Both the position numbers and the translations under genes were made by a program. From the human T2T-CHM13v2.0 reference genome, Homo sapiens, in the NCBI RefSeq assembly GCF_009914755.1, contig NC_060926.1: 64,000 bases of DNA. One strand, given 5' to 3'. Positions 25,436 through 41,274 of this stretch are shown here, in pieces; positions within the stretch are counted from its first letter, which is position 1; each line of letters begins with the position of its first letter. The notes beneath the pieces were generated by a model that saw nothing but the letters and a program-made list of their open reading frames with translations, made no database searches and was not told the DNA's origin.

Positions 25436-26606
25436 CCGGTACACAAAGTCTTACCTGCTTTTTTCACCTCAAAATACATCTAAACATATTTCTCTATCAG
25501 TATCTGTACATCCAAATAAAATCAAATGTTAATTCACTTTTATTTTAAAAAGAAACTTGGATGCATTTTGCACCTCCTTTGGGCAATGAGAAGCTATCTC
25601 AAAATACAATAACGAAGAAGGATTGCAGCTTCTGAGTGTGATTCTTAAGGAGAGAGTAAAGCAAGTAAGCAGAAACTCCGCTGAAGTCAGAGGCCACCTT
25701 CAAGGTCACGCGGCCCAGCCCTCACCGTACTGTGGAAGACACTGGGCCCCAGAAGGCGAAGGGTGTGCTCAGGGCACATGGCTGGGTAACAGCAGAGCCA
25801 ACACCGAAGCTTAGCCTCGGATCTCCGGCTGCATGGGGAAGGAGGCTCTTCCTCTCTGAGTGAGAAGAATCCTAGTGATGAGTGGCCTCAGTGCTAAGAG
25901 ACCTTCTGATGCCTTCAGAGGCTCATCTCCTCCACCTTCCAGCAGATGAGACCCGCACCTGACCCCTGGAGAAAACAGGCCACCTTCACATTTAGGTATT
26001 AAGTGGCAGAGAATTGAACTACTTCAATGAGGCACAATCACAAAACCATATGAATTTAGGGAAAAAAGGATCCAGTACCCTATTTTGAGATGAAGAATTT
26101 TGAGGCCAGAAAGTTCTACAAACTTGCCCAAGCCACAGTCGGCATCAGAACTGAATGGAGGACTCAGGTGTCCTGACACCGGACTGCCTTCTGTTACCAG
26201 GAAACAGAAGACTGGCATTTTCCTCTGCCCCCGCACCAACGCTTCCCTCCTCCAGGAAGACTATCGAGAGGTGATCCTCACTGAGTTTCCTCAAAACTCT
26301 GACAGAATGATTTCCAAAAACCTTTTAACATTTTTAGCAATCTGTCAACTTGTAAAAATCCTACTGTAGCCATTAATAACCAATGTCTGTAACAATATAC
26401 ACTCTGCTAATACTAGTTGTCTTTCTTTACATAAACACAGGTCTAAGCTATATAATCGATGTTTCAATGCTAAAATGAATTAGCCAAAAATCTTGCCTAG
26501 ATGACATGAGAAAATAAAGATTAAAAACTCACACTCTTTCATCTCAAGGTGTTGAAACAAAAAGACTCATTTTCCCCAAGCATAACAACTATGACACCGT
26601 GGTCTA

Positions 26607-27041
26607 TGCTATAGTGTGAATATTTGTCCCCTCCAAAACTCAAGTTGAAATTTAATCCCAACAGGACAGTATCAAGGGGTGGGGAATTTAAGAGGTGGCT
26701 GGGTCTTGAGGGCCCTGCCCTCCTGAATGGATTCACCACTCGTGGGCCGATGGATAAATGGATTAGCGGGTTGTCATGGGAGTAGGACAGGTGGCTTTAT
26801 AAAAAGAAGAGAGGCCTGGGCACGTGAGCACGCCCAACCTCCCTGCCAGGGACACCCTGGGCTGCCTCAGGACTCCTCGGAGAGTCTCCACAGCAACAAG
26901 GCTCTCACCTGGCACGGCCCCTCAACCTGGGAATTCTCAGCCTCTGTAACCTTAAGAAAGAAATTCATTTTCTTCTAAACTACCCAGTTTCAAGTAGTTT
27001 GCTTGGAAGTTTGCTACAAGCAAAGAAGAGGGACTAAGACG
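26607..27041 (+). mobile_element. MST-type (ERVL-MaLR) LTR
   Basis: tgctatagtgtgaatatttgtcccctccaaaactc...ggactaagac termini. Confidence 0.8.
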
Positions 27042-30000
27042 GCCCAATCCACTAGACAAGAAGCCCATGTCTTGATAAGCTCTCTCTTGCAAACGGTGCT
27101 CAGAGAGCAGCTTTGATGGCCAGGATGTGATCATTACATCACCCAACTCAGAGCAAAGCAAGAGGAAACTTCAAATGCAGTTCTGCAGAAGCACAACAAA
27201 TGACAAAGCCAAAAACATTACAAGTTCTCCCTTAAGTGGAACCCACAAACTCCTACACGATGGATGGCTCAGAGCCACAGTGAAAGCAAACCACGGCCCA
27301 GGCAGGGAAAGGATGGAAGGGCAGGCCCTGAGGAGGCCTTGTGGCTGATCAGGACTGATCAGCTCTTCTCCTCACCCTGCCCTTCCTCCAGCACTGGGTT
27401 CACGTCTCCCAGGGCCCTCCCCTCTGTCCCAGCCTTCGCACCTCTCCCTAGCTTCCCAACTCCCCCAGCAACCAACGGTCGATATTACAAATTCTGGCAA
27501 ACCATTATTTTCCTGGACTCTATTTTTCACAGTTGTTTTGCTGCCGTTATTGGTATTTGCACAACTCCTAGTAATGAAACCACATCTTATGACTCTGATT
27601 GACCATGCATCTCATACGCAGTGCCAGTGACTTAGTGACTATCCCTGATTGGTTGATATATATCACTAAACCTTCTGAGGATTCAATAGTATGAAAATCT
27701 CCAGATCAAAGAGGAAACCGTTCCTTCTGCTTACAAAATACCTCAATGCTATATGGTACCCAAAACTTGAGACTCTGGGGCCCACTCCTTGGAATCCTTC
27801 TGTCTTTCTAAATTTTTTATTTTAAAAAGATGATCCCTTTTGGAATAACTAGCGTGGCTGACATTAGTGTTGTCTGTTCAGTATTCTTTCCTCCGGAGAA
27901 AGCCCTCTCCTCCAGCCTAGAACAATTCCACCCATCCGTGTTGTCTGGGTTTGACCACCCTTGGCCCTCACCCCCACTCCCACCACCTCCCACCTAGGCC
28001 ATGTGTTTTCATGGCAAGCATGGGACTCAAAGCAGGCCAATTAGTGAGCATCTCCTTAGGAATTTGGGCAGATCTGAAAGTGAAAGGCTGTCTCTTTTCT
28101 CTGAGATCTCTCTAGGCATGAGTGACACACGGCAGCCAGTAGCCATCTTACTGCCACTTGGAGAAGCTTGTTCAAGAATAAAGCCAAGAAGAGGTGAGCA
28201 GACCCACCAGATGGGAAGGGGGAGGGATTCAAGGAGAGCATTTGCCACCAGCTGTCCCCGGAGCCCACGTCCCCCTCAGGCTTCCTGGATTTATCTTAAG
28301 GTTAGGTGAAAGGGATCACATAAACTGTCAAAAGAGTTTTGACAAATGCAGGTGCTCAGTGCTGCAAAAAAACTGCACACCTGAGATTTTCAGAATGATT
28401 CGTGTCTTCCAGGATGCAACACCTAAAAAATGAGCAGCCCATGCCAACAGCATTCTCTAATAGGCCCTGTATACAGCAAGTATCAAAAGAGTGAGCATGT
28501 CCAGGAGAATAAAATCGTGAGGATAGCCTTAGATAGGTGTTTGATACTGTGGGAGGATTTCAGAATAGCTCTAATTTTTTAGTAAAACTTTAAGTATTCA
28601 CATAAAGGTCATTTTGGTGAGAATTATCCTGCTGTTTCTTCTCCATTACCCAGTGAAATTGATTCTGTAATTGATAGAGTCTCAGGTGCAATGAATTTAT
28701 GCCAAGAAAGTAGAATGAGCAGAACCAGGGTACAAGTGGGTAACAAAGGCAAAGAGTTCCTGGGGAACACTGCCGGGACCACGGGATTCACAGGACGCAA
28801 CCTCGCAGGCTGGGAGCAAGTGAGGGTCATGGTTCCCACCTGCATGTCTGTCCTTGTCCTGACAATCAGACTCCCTCGCAAAGTCAAGACTGCACTATGA
28901 TCCCGGCACCATGTCAATATGCGCACTGCCCCCCTCCAGCCTGCCACGCAACCTTCCACAGATGGAACCGGAAAGAAACCCCAAAGGACTGCCTGGCAAA
29001 CCTGCCACACTCAACAGTGTCTTGGTTTCTTTGCCATTTTCTTAACAACAAAAATGACCTCCATTAGCTGGGCATGCATTATGAAGCAAACAATTGACAA
29101 AGTACGTCACCTGCTTTATATAATTTAGTCCTCATAACACCTGGGAGGAGGAGTCCAGGTGAGGGAAGGATCCAGGCAGGGTGAACATCTGGAGGAGGAG
29201 CCCAGTTCATGGGGGGAGCGAGCAGCATGAACATCTGGGGAGTGGGGTGCAGGTGATGAGCCCTGTCTCCCCTTTCTCTTGCACTGATCGCTCTCTTCTC
29301 AGCTCTCACCCCATGAGGAGGAATAAAAGTGGGAAGGAGGGAGGGAGGAAGAAAAGTAGGAAGGAGGGAGGGAGGAAGAAAGAGGTAGGAAGGAAGAACA
29401 TAAGTTTGTAATAGTTCCACATGCTAATGGCATTGATATTTATGTAAACAAAAATATATTTGCAATGAAATTAATGATTTTACTAATGCCACTGTTACTA
29501 GTACCAATACCAGTATGCATGGTAAATACTTACATCACCTGATTGTAGAAAGAGAAAAAAATCACCTTCAGAAAATGAATGAGGAAAATTTTCGTTAAGC
29601 AATTCCTATTTTCCTATATAATATTTGGCACCCTGATTTGTCATGCGCTTTGGAAACATTATCTATCCAGTATTACCTAGAACACCCACTTAATAAATTA
29701 TGCCTCTCTAGAAACACTGAGAGAAGCAGGAACGGAACAGCCCAGAACAGGCCACTGTGTTCAGAAGGCCCCATACTTGGTTTAAGGATCTGCTGTCCCA
29801 TTTTGAAATTCTTAATAATTTTTTTCCAAAAGGTCCTGTATTTCCATTTGTCCTGGGCCCACAGATTGGGGCATTTAGGAAATGGGAAGGAACACCTAAA
29901 ATTTGTATTCCTGAAAAAACAGTACGTGTGAGCTGAAGGAAATGGGAGTGAGTCTCACTCAGCCTGGTCCTCAGGTCCCTCAGCAATGAAGGCAGCAGCG

Positions 30001-31264
30001 ACACCACAGCCTCCAGCCCAGGGCAAGAGGACGCACCTTCCCCAGCGCTGCTGGAGCTCATGGAACCACCTGCTCTTCCCAAGTGGGGAAACTGTCGCTG
30101 TGGGAAGGTAACGTCACGGACCTTGCTACTCATGAGCTCTGATGAGGAGTGTAAATTTCGTTGATGAAAAGAGAACAATTTCCTAATAAACATTATCATC
30201 TAGTTAATAAATGTCTTCTGCTCCTGAAATTAGAGGAAGAGAGAGAGAGAAGAGTTAAAAACAATAATAATAAAAGGTGTTTCTTGGGTGGAGAAGAGTA
30301 GGCACCACTGACGTAGCTCTGCTCCTCCACAGAAGACAACCGGGAGGCAGCACGGCCGCTGCTGAGGCCACTTAGCCAGATAACAGGTGGGAGGGGGTTC
30401 TCCCCACTGGAACCTCAGGTACAGTGACCCCAATCTCTGCTGTTCCTATGTGGGGCGCTGTGCTCACTCCACAGTGAGCACTCCAGGCATCATCCCAGGG
30501 TGGGGGTAGCAGGGGGTAGTCCAGGCCTCTGTCCCCAGCTGCCAGAGGCGGAGGAGCAGCAGGATGCCAGCAGCATCAGATGCATGTCGGCAAACACTGG
30601 GAAAAATGCAGCGGGGGACAGGAAGGAAGAATGGCAGCAACACAGGTGGTCAGGTGTCTGTGCCGAGAGGATGGGTCACTTGTCCCAGGTGCCACCGTAA
30701 AACAGAGTTAAGGCTGAAAACAGAACCCAGCTCCCCCAGCTCCAAGGGCTGCACAAACACCTGAATCCCCGGGCTCTTTGGCCTGCATTTCTGCACCGAG
30801 TGGAGGGTTACTGGGTGGCATCACTCTCGGTGAGTGTTCAGCTAGACACAAGCGGCTACCTTGTCTCAAGGAGTTGCTAATTCTAGCTCACGTCAGCCCC
30901 TTTTCAAGGAATAAAGACAGAGCCAGTCTGTGGGCAGTCACTTTACCCCACACACTATCTGTTTTCACAACCTCTATGCACATGCATTTATGTCTTTCTC
31001 TAAAGTTTAACAATTGCCTGGACAGAAAATAAAAGTAGGGCATCAGATTGAAGAGTCAGTGCAATGGGGAGAAAGACAAAGACAGCCTTTTCCAGGGTGG
31101 GGAGGGCAGCCCAGGGCCCAGAGCCACCTGGACCTCAAGGGGCAGCCAGAGGCTTGGGAGGGCCTCCTGTGTGCACATCCTCCATCCCTACCACAGCCCC
31201 GTGCCTGACAGCTCATCTGTGTCCTATTCTGTTCCTTTATTGCAAGGCTTTGATTCCAGTTATA

Positions 31265-31417
31265 CAGAGGCTCCTCAACTTAAGATGGGGTTACATCCCA
31301 ATAAATCCATTGTAAATCAAAAATATCATAAGTCAAAAATGAATTTAATACCCCAACAAATTCATTATAAGTCAAAAAATCATTAAGTTGAACCATCATA
31401 ACTTGGAAATTATCTAG
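31265..31417. mobile_element. Tigger/MER47-like DNA transposon fragment
   Basis: cagaggctcctcaacttaagatggggttacatcccaataaatccattgta. Confidence 0.6.
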
Positions 31418-31499
31418 ATGCTGTATCAGCTGCCAATTGCCGTGATAGTGCTGCATAACAAGCCACCCCAAACTTAGTGGTTTAAAATAACAACTATTG

Positions 31500-32540
<1,041 letters not shown>

Positions 32541-33184
32541 ACAATCATTTATTCTTGTTCACAGGTCTAGTGCCTGCAGGGCAGGTGCACTGCTCTTGGC
32601 TGGATTTGCCCATGCACCCGAGATTACCATCCTGGGCCTGGATGGAGGACTCAGCTCTCCTCCCCTTGCCTCTCAATTCCCTCAGCAGGCAGGGGTTCAG
32701 AGGAAGAGGCAGAAATGCACGAGCACCTTTTCCATCCTCGGTGGACATCAAGATTATCTCTGTCCCATCAGCAAAGCAAGTCCTGTGGCCACACTCAGTG
32801 TCAGAGTAGGACAAAGTTGCCCAAGGACAGAGTTTCAGGACGGTTTGGGAAATGGGGAGCATCCTTCTGCATCATGGAGGCAGAAGTGATGAAGATGAGT
32901 CCTGTGTGCCTTTCCCACTGGGCCGTCAAGCGCTCAGAACTCTGAGAGTGAAAGATATGAGGGGAACGGACACCTCTGAAGAGAAGGAAGCAGAGGGATT
33001 GTGCAAAGAAGGGAAGTTGCACAGAGAAGACACACACAGCTGTTTCCTCCTTGTCTGGGACTTTGTTTCACTAGCTGTAGCAAAGGGGTTATGTACGCCT
33101 AGCCTGCCTTTTAATGATAAGGTGTTATTATACAAATGAAACGCCAGTGTGTGCACAGCTATACCAGATGCTTTAAGAAAACAC

Positions 33185-33410
33185 ATTCTAGAGTCAGGGT
33201 GCTGGGTTTAAATCTCAGCTCCACCAGTTGCTGGCTTAGAGACTTTGGCCAATTTATTTAAACTTCCCTGTATTTCATATTCCTCATCTGTTAAATGGCA
33301 GTAAGACTCTACCTACCTCAAAGGTTATAGCAAAGGTGAAAGATTACATGAAACGTGCTTACCACAGTGTCTGCCACAGAGTAAGGGGTCAATAAGTGTC
33401 AGTATTGTTA
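33185..33410 (+). mobile_element. MIR
   Basis: ctgggtttaaatctcagctccacc...ttcctcatctgttaaatgg...acctacctcaaagg. Confidence 0.75.
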
Positions 33411-33420
33411 CTAGTGTCCT

Positions 33421-34125
33421 GATGGAGAAGATGGTGATGATAATGATGGTGGTGGTGGTGGTGGTGATAATGATGATGAAGACAAGGATTATGATGATGG
33501 TGGTGATGGTGACAGCAAAGATAATGGTGGTGGTGGTGGTGGTGATGGTGATAATGATGATGAAGACAAGGATTATGATAATGGTGGTGATGGTGATGGC
33601 AAAGATGATGGTGGTGGTGATGGTGATGGCGATGATGATGATGAAGACAAGGATTATGATAATGGTAGTGGTGATGGTGATGATGATGGTGGTGGTGGTG
33701 GTGGTGGTGATGATGGTGGTGGTGATGATGATGGTGATGATGATGAAGACAAGGATTATGATAATGGTGGTGATGGTGATGGCAAAGATGATGGTGGTGG
33801 TGATGGTGATGGCGATGATGATGATGAAGACAAGGATTATGATAATGGTAGTGGTGATGGTGATGATGATGGTGGTGGTGGTGGTGGTGGTGATGATGGT
33901 GGTGGTGATGATGATGGTGATGATGATGAAGACAAGGATTATGATAATGGTAGTGGTGATGGCGATGATGATGGTGGTGGTGGTGGTGATGGTGATGGTG
34001 ATAATGATGATGAAGACAAGGATTATGATAATGGTGGTGATGGTGATGGCAAAGATGATGGTGGTGGTGGTGGTGGTGGTGGTGGTGATGGTGGTGATGG
34101 TGGTGATGGTGGTGGTATTGATGTT
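33421..34125. repeat. (GAT/GGT)n trinucleotide tract with higher-order units anchored by AAGACAAGGATTATG (7 copies) and a 183-bp period
   Basis: Anchors at 33563, 33746 and 33929 are spaced 183 bp apart. Confidence 0.9.
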
Positions 34126-34654
34126 ATCATGTCATTCTTCCCACTTCCTTACCCCTCACTTCTACTTTTGAAAATTCTGTTTATAGTAACTCCAATTTTT
34201 AGAATGTTGCAATGAGTCTTCTAAAAAGAATGTATATGCACACCTCTCTATTCTCAACAGGAGTGCAACACCACTAATTAATGGGCAAGGGATTCAAAAA
34301 TACTCATCATTTCATCCAGTGAAAAAGATATTAAATGTTAAAGTATATCATCTCAGCAGAGAGGCTCACCCGGCAATCTCAAATTAAAGAGATGGGGCTT
34401 GAAAGATATAAAATGACAGGCTTTCTGATTTTGAACATGGTGAATTATTGTTAGTGATAATCATGTATAGATTTGAAGCCTCTAAAATGGAAAATATAAA
34501 TTATATTACCCATGATCACAAACAATAGGAGAACTTTTATGAGCATTTTACACAATTGCCTTCCTTTTAATGTAAGATAACAGGCAGGGTTCTCCTATCT
34601 CGACACAGAGCTTGACAAATATGACACACACTTGGAAGAAATTCACGTTTCTGA

Positions 34655-35109
<455 letters not shown>

Positions 35110-38079
35110 TGAATCAGCCAGACCATTGGTAGTCTATTAAAACCTGCAGTTCTAACAGTGCTGATCACATTGGGTGCAGAAGCATCTAAATGCTTAATCG
35201 TGGGACCTACCCTGGCTCTGAAAAGAAGCAAAATTTGGTATTGGCATCTCCTCAACCCTGAGCATTCATTCAACAAATCTTTCCTGGGTACAGATTCAGG
35301 AGCCAGACTTCAGTCTTTCCTGGGAGGGCCCAGATGAGAAACGCTCAGCTCCGCCTTCAGGAAAGTCCCACTCAGAGAAGAAAGCAGGCAGCCCAGGCGA
35401 CAGCAGCAAGCGGGGGCCACGTGGGTGCGGAACGGTCCGTGGAGGCGTGTGTGCAGGCCCCTGCACCCTGCAAGAAGCCCTTTCGAGCCAGGAATCCTGC
35501 CTGACTTCATACCCCCTACAGTACCCAGCGCGCCCTCAACACAGAACAGAGTGCAGCTCAAAGACCCGGAGGGAAATGGAAAAATTATCTGGCAAATCTA
35601 GCCCCAGAGAAAGAACACTATTTCCTCACCAACCTCCTAAATCTATGTTCTCAAAGGAGTAAAAATAAGCCTCTCCCAGAAACAAACAGACGAGACCACC
35701 ACCGCCTGGAACGCTGTTAATCGTGCCGGTCAGGATCTCAGCGGAAAACGCATGGCACCTGCCACCGTGCATCAGAGGCACTGTTCACAACGGCGTGGAC
35801 AGAGTGCAAGGAACAAAGCAGGACGATGAGGCCCCGGGGGCCGGCAGCAGCGGTCCAGGCTTACAGGGCAAGGGGAGAGGCCGTGACCGGGGAGAAGGCC
35901 TTGGCCCTCCCGCTCCGTGGGGCAGCCCGGCTGGAAGGAGCTGGGAGCATACATGCCCACCCCATCTCCGCCTTCTCGGCACCCTCCGCGGAGGCCAAGG
36001 GGCCAGACAGATGCCATCCATTGAGATCAGCCTCCCCGGCACCCAGCGGAGTGAGGAGCTACACAGCAGACCCCAGGGGGAAAGGGAGAAGGTTCTGCCC
36101 ATTCATAAATTAGGAGTTCTCAAAATTTAGTTTCTACTATATGCCAAATACCAGGCGTGGTGGTGGAAGCATGAAAAGTGCCCGGAGACTTTGCAGCCTT
36201 GAGGAGCCCACAGCCCGGGCGTGAGGATTTGGCTGTGGGTCAGGCGATGCTCAAGTTCTCCCCATCGGCTCCTGGGCTGTCATCGGTGGGAGCGTGGGTG
36301 AGGATGGAGCGCAGGTTACTCAAACCAGTGTCATCAATCACGTCTCTCCCTCCGTGAACCAGCCAGGCCTGTGTTCAGCTGCTATTTATCTTCCTCGCCT
36401 TGAGACAGTGGGGTGTTGCCGGACGTTTTCTTGCGGTGTGGGTGTGTTTCGTGGGGGAGATAACAATGAATATCCAGAGAGTTGAATTATTTTCTACAAA
36501 TAATTTACAGGCATCCTCTGATCTGGTAGCTTTATTGACTTGACATCTATTTGCTAAAATATTTAAATGGGCCAAAGATGAGCAGCGGAAACGCATCTTT
36601 GGATCTGTGGCTTTGATCTCCTGCATGCTTTCTTAACACCAGTTGGAGAAAGGATTCTTTTTTTTTTTTTTTTTTCATTTTTTTTAAGGAAAGAAAACAA
36701 AATATTAAAAATGCAGTAAGCAGACAGAGGGAGGTGAGGGGGTGAGTGAGGGAAAGGCGAGAGCTGACACTCTGGGCTCAGAAGGCGGCACGGTCCATTT
36801 CCAGGCCCCTATGGGAGAAGGAGGGCGAACCGGATTCACGGTTAAATCAATCTAAAGAAGGATGAGAATCAATTGAGAATCGGCTTTTATCTTTTCCCAA
36901 ATAACTGCTCCAGAGAGAAAATCTTCACTCAAAATGGCCTCAGTGCTCCTGGGCGCTCCCCGGCCTGCCTCACCTGAGCTCCTGTCTACTCTCTGTAGGC
37001 AATGGGGCCTGCAATGCGGAATCCCAGAAAAGAGGATAAAGAAATAAAATGTGGCTCATGAAAAAGGAATATACGAGGTCCCATGATGGTGGCCCCTGGT
37101 AATGCAATATGGGAAAGGAAAGAATAATTGGTTTAGAGAAAGGCACCTTTTGTTCAACATTTTTATATTAGCCCAAACTCTTATATTAGTTAACTATAAG
37201 CACAATTGAATCCCACGACAAACAAGCCATTTGTCACTATAGGGATAATTTTTCTTGGGGACACGGAAAGCAATTTTAAAAAGTAATAAAGTATTTAAAG
37301 GGGAATTGTCAGGTCAGAAATTAGACTTTTTAAAAAAGTCTCTATTTCTTTATTCTACTTTAAAGTACCGAGTCCGCATAAAAATAGCAGTTTGTCTACA
37401 TTTCTGTTTTAGAAATGTTTCCACTTCTCCTGTTGTGGTCAGGAAACCTCTGTCCTTGAGAAGAGACTAGAAATGGACGCACTGACCAGGCCCTGTCCTG
37501 TTGACACCTGCCAGCCAGCATAGGGACCACAGACCCACCTGAGGACAGCTGAGGAAGCCTCCTTCAGGACAGCCACCCGACCGAGGCTGGCGAGACTTCC
37601 CAGGCCTTCCCCACCCACAAGTCCAGCATATGTCACAGATGTTCATCAGGACCCTCCATTGTAAATGACAGAAATGCAACTTGAACCGCTGTCAGCAAAT
37701 GAAGAAGAATTGTGTTGGTTCCTGTAACCAAACTGCTGAAAAGGTAGAAAGGTTGAACCAAGCTCCACCACTGACAAAGGTCAAGGTCAAGGTCAGGCCT
37801 GTGACCTTGGGCAAGTTAGCTGAATTTCTCTAGGTCTAGATCCCAAATCTACAAAAAATATAGACAGCCCTGTTGGGAGAATCAAGTGAAAAACTACAGA
37901 GCTGTCCTATAAACCATACAGTGCTTCACAACATAAAACCTTACATCATTTATGCATTATGACAATTACTTTCATAAACATAAATCACTGGCAAGGGGGA
38001 CAAACTACATCAAATACATTTGAGTGCCTACTCAGTGCAGAGGGAACAGACTTAGAGCACAGTAAGGAGGGAACGGACT

Positions 38080-38270
38080 GAGGAGTCGAGCGGACCTCGC
38101 CCCGTGCCTGACCAAGGCGTGTTGTTGCTGCAAACTGGGGCAAGCTTCTTAATCCCTCTGAGCCTCCATTTCCTTCTCGGTGAGGTAGGAATAATAATAT
38201 TTCTCCTGTAGGGTCACTGGGAGGGTAAACTGAGATGGTGCGTAAGGTGGTAGCTGACGTTACTACTGAG
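38080..38270 (+). mobile_element. MIR
   Basis: gggcaagcttcttaatccctctgagcctccatttcc. Confidence 0.65.
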
Positions 38271-39304
38271 AAATATTTCAGGCTCAGTCTTGAATTCAAT
38301 CATGTGGCTTTGAGCCAATGTCTTCCGTCCTCTGCTCTCCTGCAAAATTTGGCTCCTATGTGATAATACAGGTGACATTCCCAGTGCAGAGCAGGCATTT
38401 GTCAAGCGAGGTCTCCCCCTTCCTCTGGAGAGCCACGTTTTCAAGTCTCTCTGTGGTGTCCAGAAATGCCCTGGGATGCACAGAGAGAAGCTGGGTCTGC
38501 CCCGGCTCTGTTTCCACCAGCCGAAAGCACCCTCAGGATGGCGTTTAAGATCCCGAGCCCCAGGCTCTGCATCTCCCAGGTGGGTGGAGTTGGAGGATGT
38601 GCGTGCTGCAGAATCTTCTGGCTTGGAAGAGCCTCTGGTTCTGTGCACTCAGGCTGGAGATGTGTAGGAGCAATCACTACTTGTTCTTCCATCACCTGTA
38701 CCCCTTTGGAAGATGAAGATCACAGGCTGCCTGTGAAATCCAGAAATCACCTCCCTGCAGCACACTCAGGGGAGCATTCTCCCAGAACCACCACAGGGGG
38801 AGGCATCCTCATTATCAGGCCCACACTGCACCTGAACCTCCGAGAATGGGGAGATTAAAGGCAGATGCAACCAATCATGTAGGCGTCTAAGTCAGCTTAT
38901 GGGGAACGTGAGGTGATCTGAGACCCATGACAGCCCCTGCATGCTTTAGAAAGACAGCTGGAGATGGCACTGCAAATCCCAAGCCTCTCCACCAGCCTCC
39001 AGCCCTAAGTCCTAGACAGCTCTTTTCACAGCTGACCCATCCACAGGGCCCATTAACAAGGGTTAACGTGCACGCTGGGACCTTGGGTCCCCAAAGTCGA
39101 GGGTCCTGAGAAGGCCACACAGACCTCAAGGAGAGGGCCAGGTGGGGCCAGAGGCTGACTCAGCCAGGACACCACCCCTGCGGCCGACAGAGACAGGGCG
39201 GTCAAGCAGGGAACCGGCTCTGTTGAGCCTCTGAGAGGGGTGAGGCCCTGGAAAGGACTTGCCACATGCGAGACGTTGGAATCCTGCATCCTCCCCAGGC
39301 GTAA

Positions 39305-39624
<320 letters not shown>

Positions 39625-39884
39625 TAAAGACAAGGAGGCTAAGACTCAGGTGACTTGTCTGGGGTCACAATCAGCGGGTAAAGCGAGCCAAGGCTTGAAC
39701 TCATGCCAAAGTCTGCCTCCAATTCAAGTTAATCCCCACTAAACCGCTCGCCAATAGGACCAAGTGCTTGAATTTAACCTACTTCCTGGGATACCACTTT
39801 CTAATTAGAGATTCCTAAAAATTTCCAAAGAACTGTAGGTGCCTGCAGCAAATTGTAGTCATCTCCCTATAAAAACATCCTGAT

Positions 39885-40205
39885 GGTCGGGCGCGGTGGC
39901 TCATGCCTATAATCCCAGCAGTTTGGGAGGCCAAGGCAGGTGGATCATGAGGTCGGGAGATTGAGACCATCCTGGCTAACATGGTGAAACCCCGTCTCTA
40001 CTAAAAATACAAAAAATTTGCCGGGCGTGGTGGCAGTTGCCTGTAGTCCCAGCTACTCAGGAAGCTGAGGCAGGAGAATGGCGTTAACCTGGGAGGCTTG
40101 CAGTGAGCTGAGATTGCACCACTGCACTCCAGGCTGGGTGACAGAGCGAGACTCTGTCTCAAAAAAAAAAAAAAAAAAAAAAAACTCAAACAAACAAAAA
40201 AACAC
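39885..40205 (+). mobile_element. AluY; TSD AACATCCTGATG
   Basis: AluY diagnostics; matching flanks. Confidence 0.95.
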
Positions 40206-41274
40206 AACATCCTGATGAGTCGTCAGCCCCATCGATCAGGAGCAGAAACTGGGCTTCGTAGGTCAGGGGGCTCTTCTGACCACAGGGTGCCCCAGATGTC
40301 ATAAAGCTGAACGGACGCAGCGTGACAGCGAGAGGAGGAGTGTGCAGATGTGGACTTCATTCCCACAGTCACAGGTGGTGGCTTCAGGTAAGACGCTGAC
40401 CTGCCCTGAGCTCTGTCCCAGCTCCACTCACCATGCCAGGTGTCCCTGGGAGCCAGGCAGTGGTGCAACCCACTGTACAGACAACCAGAGGGGAGTTGTT
40501 TATTAGGCACATTATGATGGTAAAATTTTATTATAAATTCAATTATCCTGGCCAATGAATACATGTAGTTCCAAATACATTATTCCCATTTTATGGAATG
40601 GGATGGAAAGAGACTGAGTTTGGTTCAGTTGCTCAAGGTCACAGTGCCGCTTAATGTGAGAACCAGAAATTTCCAAGACTTTGGTCCAGAATGCAAGGTG
40701 TTTCCTACTTTGGGCCTGGTCTGGCTCTTGGGCTGAACTCACTGGGTAACTCCTCTCGTCCCTCCACTCAGCCAGACTGGTCCAGCCATTACCCCCACCA
40801 TGCCCCAGGCTCCTTGCCCCAGGTAGCCCAGTCATCTAGAAAGACACACCTCTACTCACCACCGCCTCCCCCAGAATAGACCACCCATCCATGAGGACCC
40901 TGACAAATGCCCCTACCTTCACAAAGCGAGGCTGGTAAACTCCTAGTGAGCCATCTTGAGGTGTCTTCACTAGCTTCAAACTCCTGGGTGTTCACATGCA
41001 TGTCACCTCCTTGGGTGTCAGTCTTTGGGCTCGAGTCCTCCAAAACATCGTGTATGCCACACACACCTTGCCCTTGACAGTTGCCCCATACATACCAAGG
41101 AGGTAATGAACAGATCAGAGAAAGCCCAAGTATGTGTGTTCAGTTCAACTGAGAATGTCTGACAACCTATACATCAACCAGCCTACATAGTACAACAGTG
41201 AGATGAGCCTGAAACAGAAAATTAAAAAGAAGAGCTGATTATATTAAGAAAATAGTTTTTAAAATACTGTGAGA

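Noticed and set aside
33422-34171. 249-aa Met/Val ORF as a membrane protein gene
   Set aside because: Product of an ATG/GTG triplet repeat; no support for a gene
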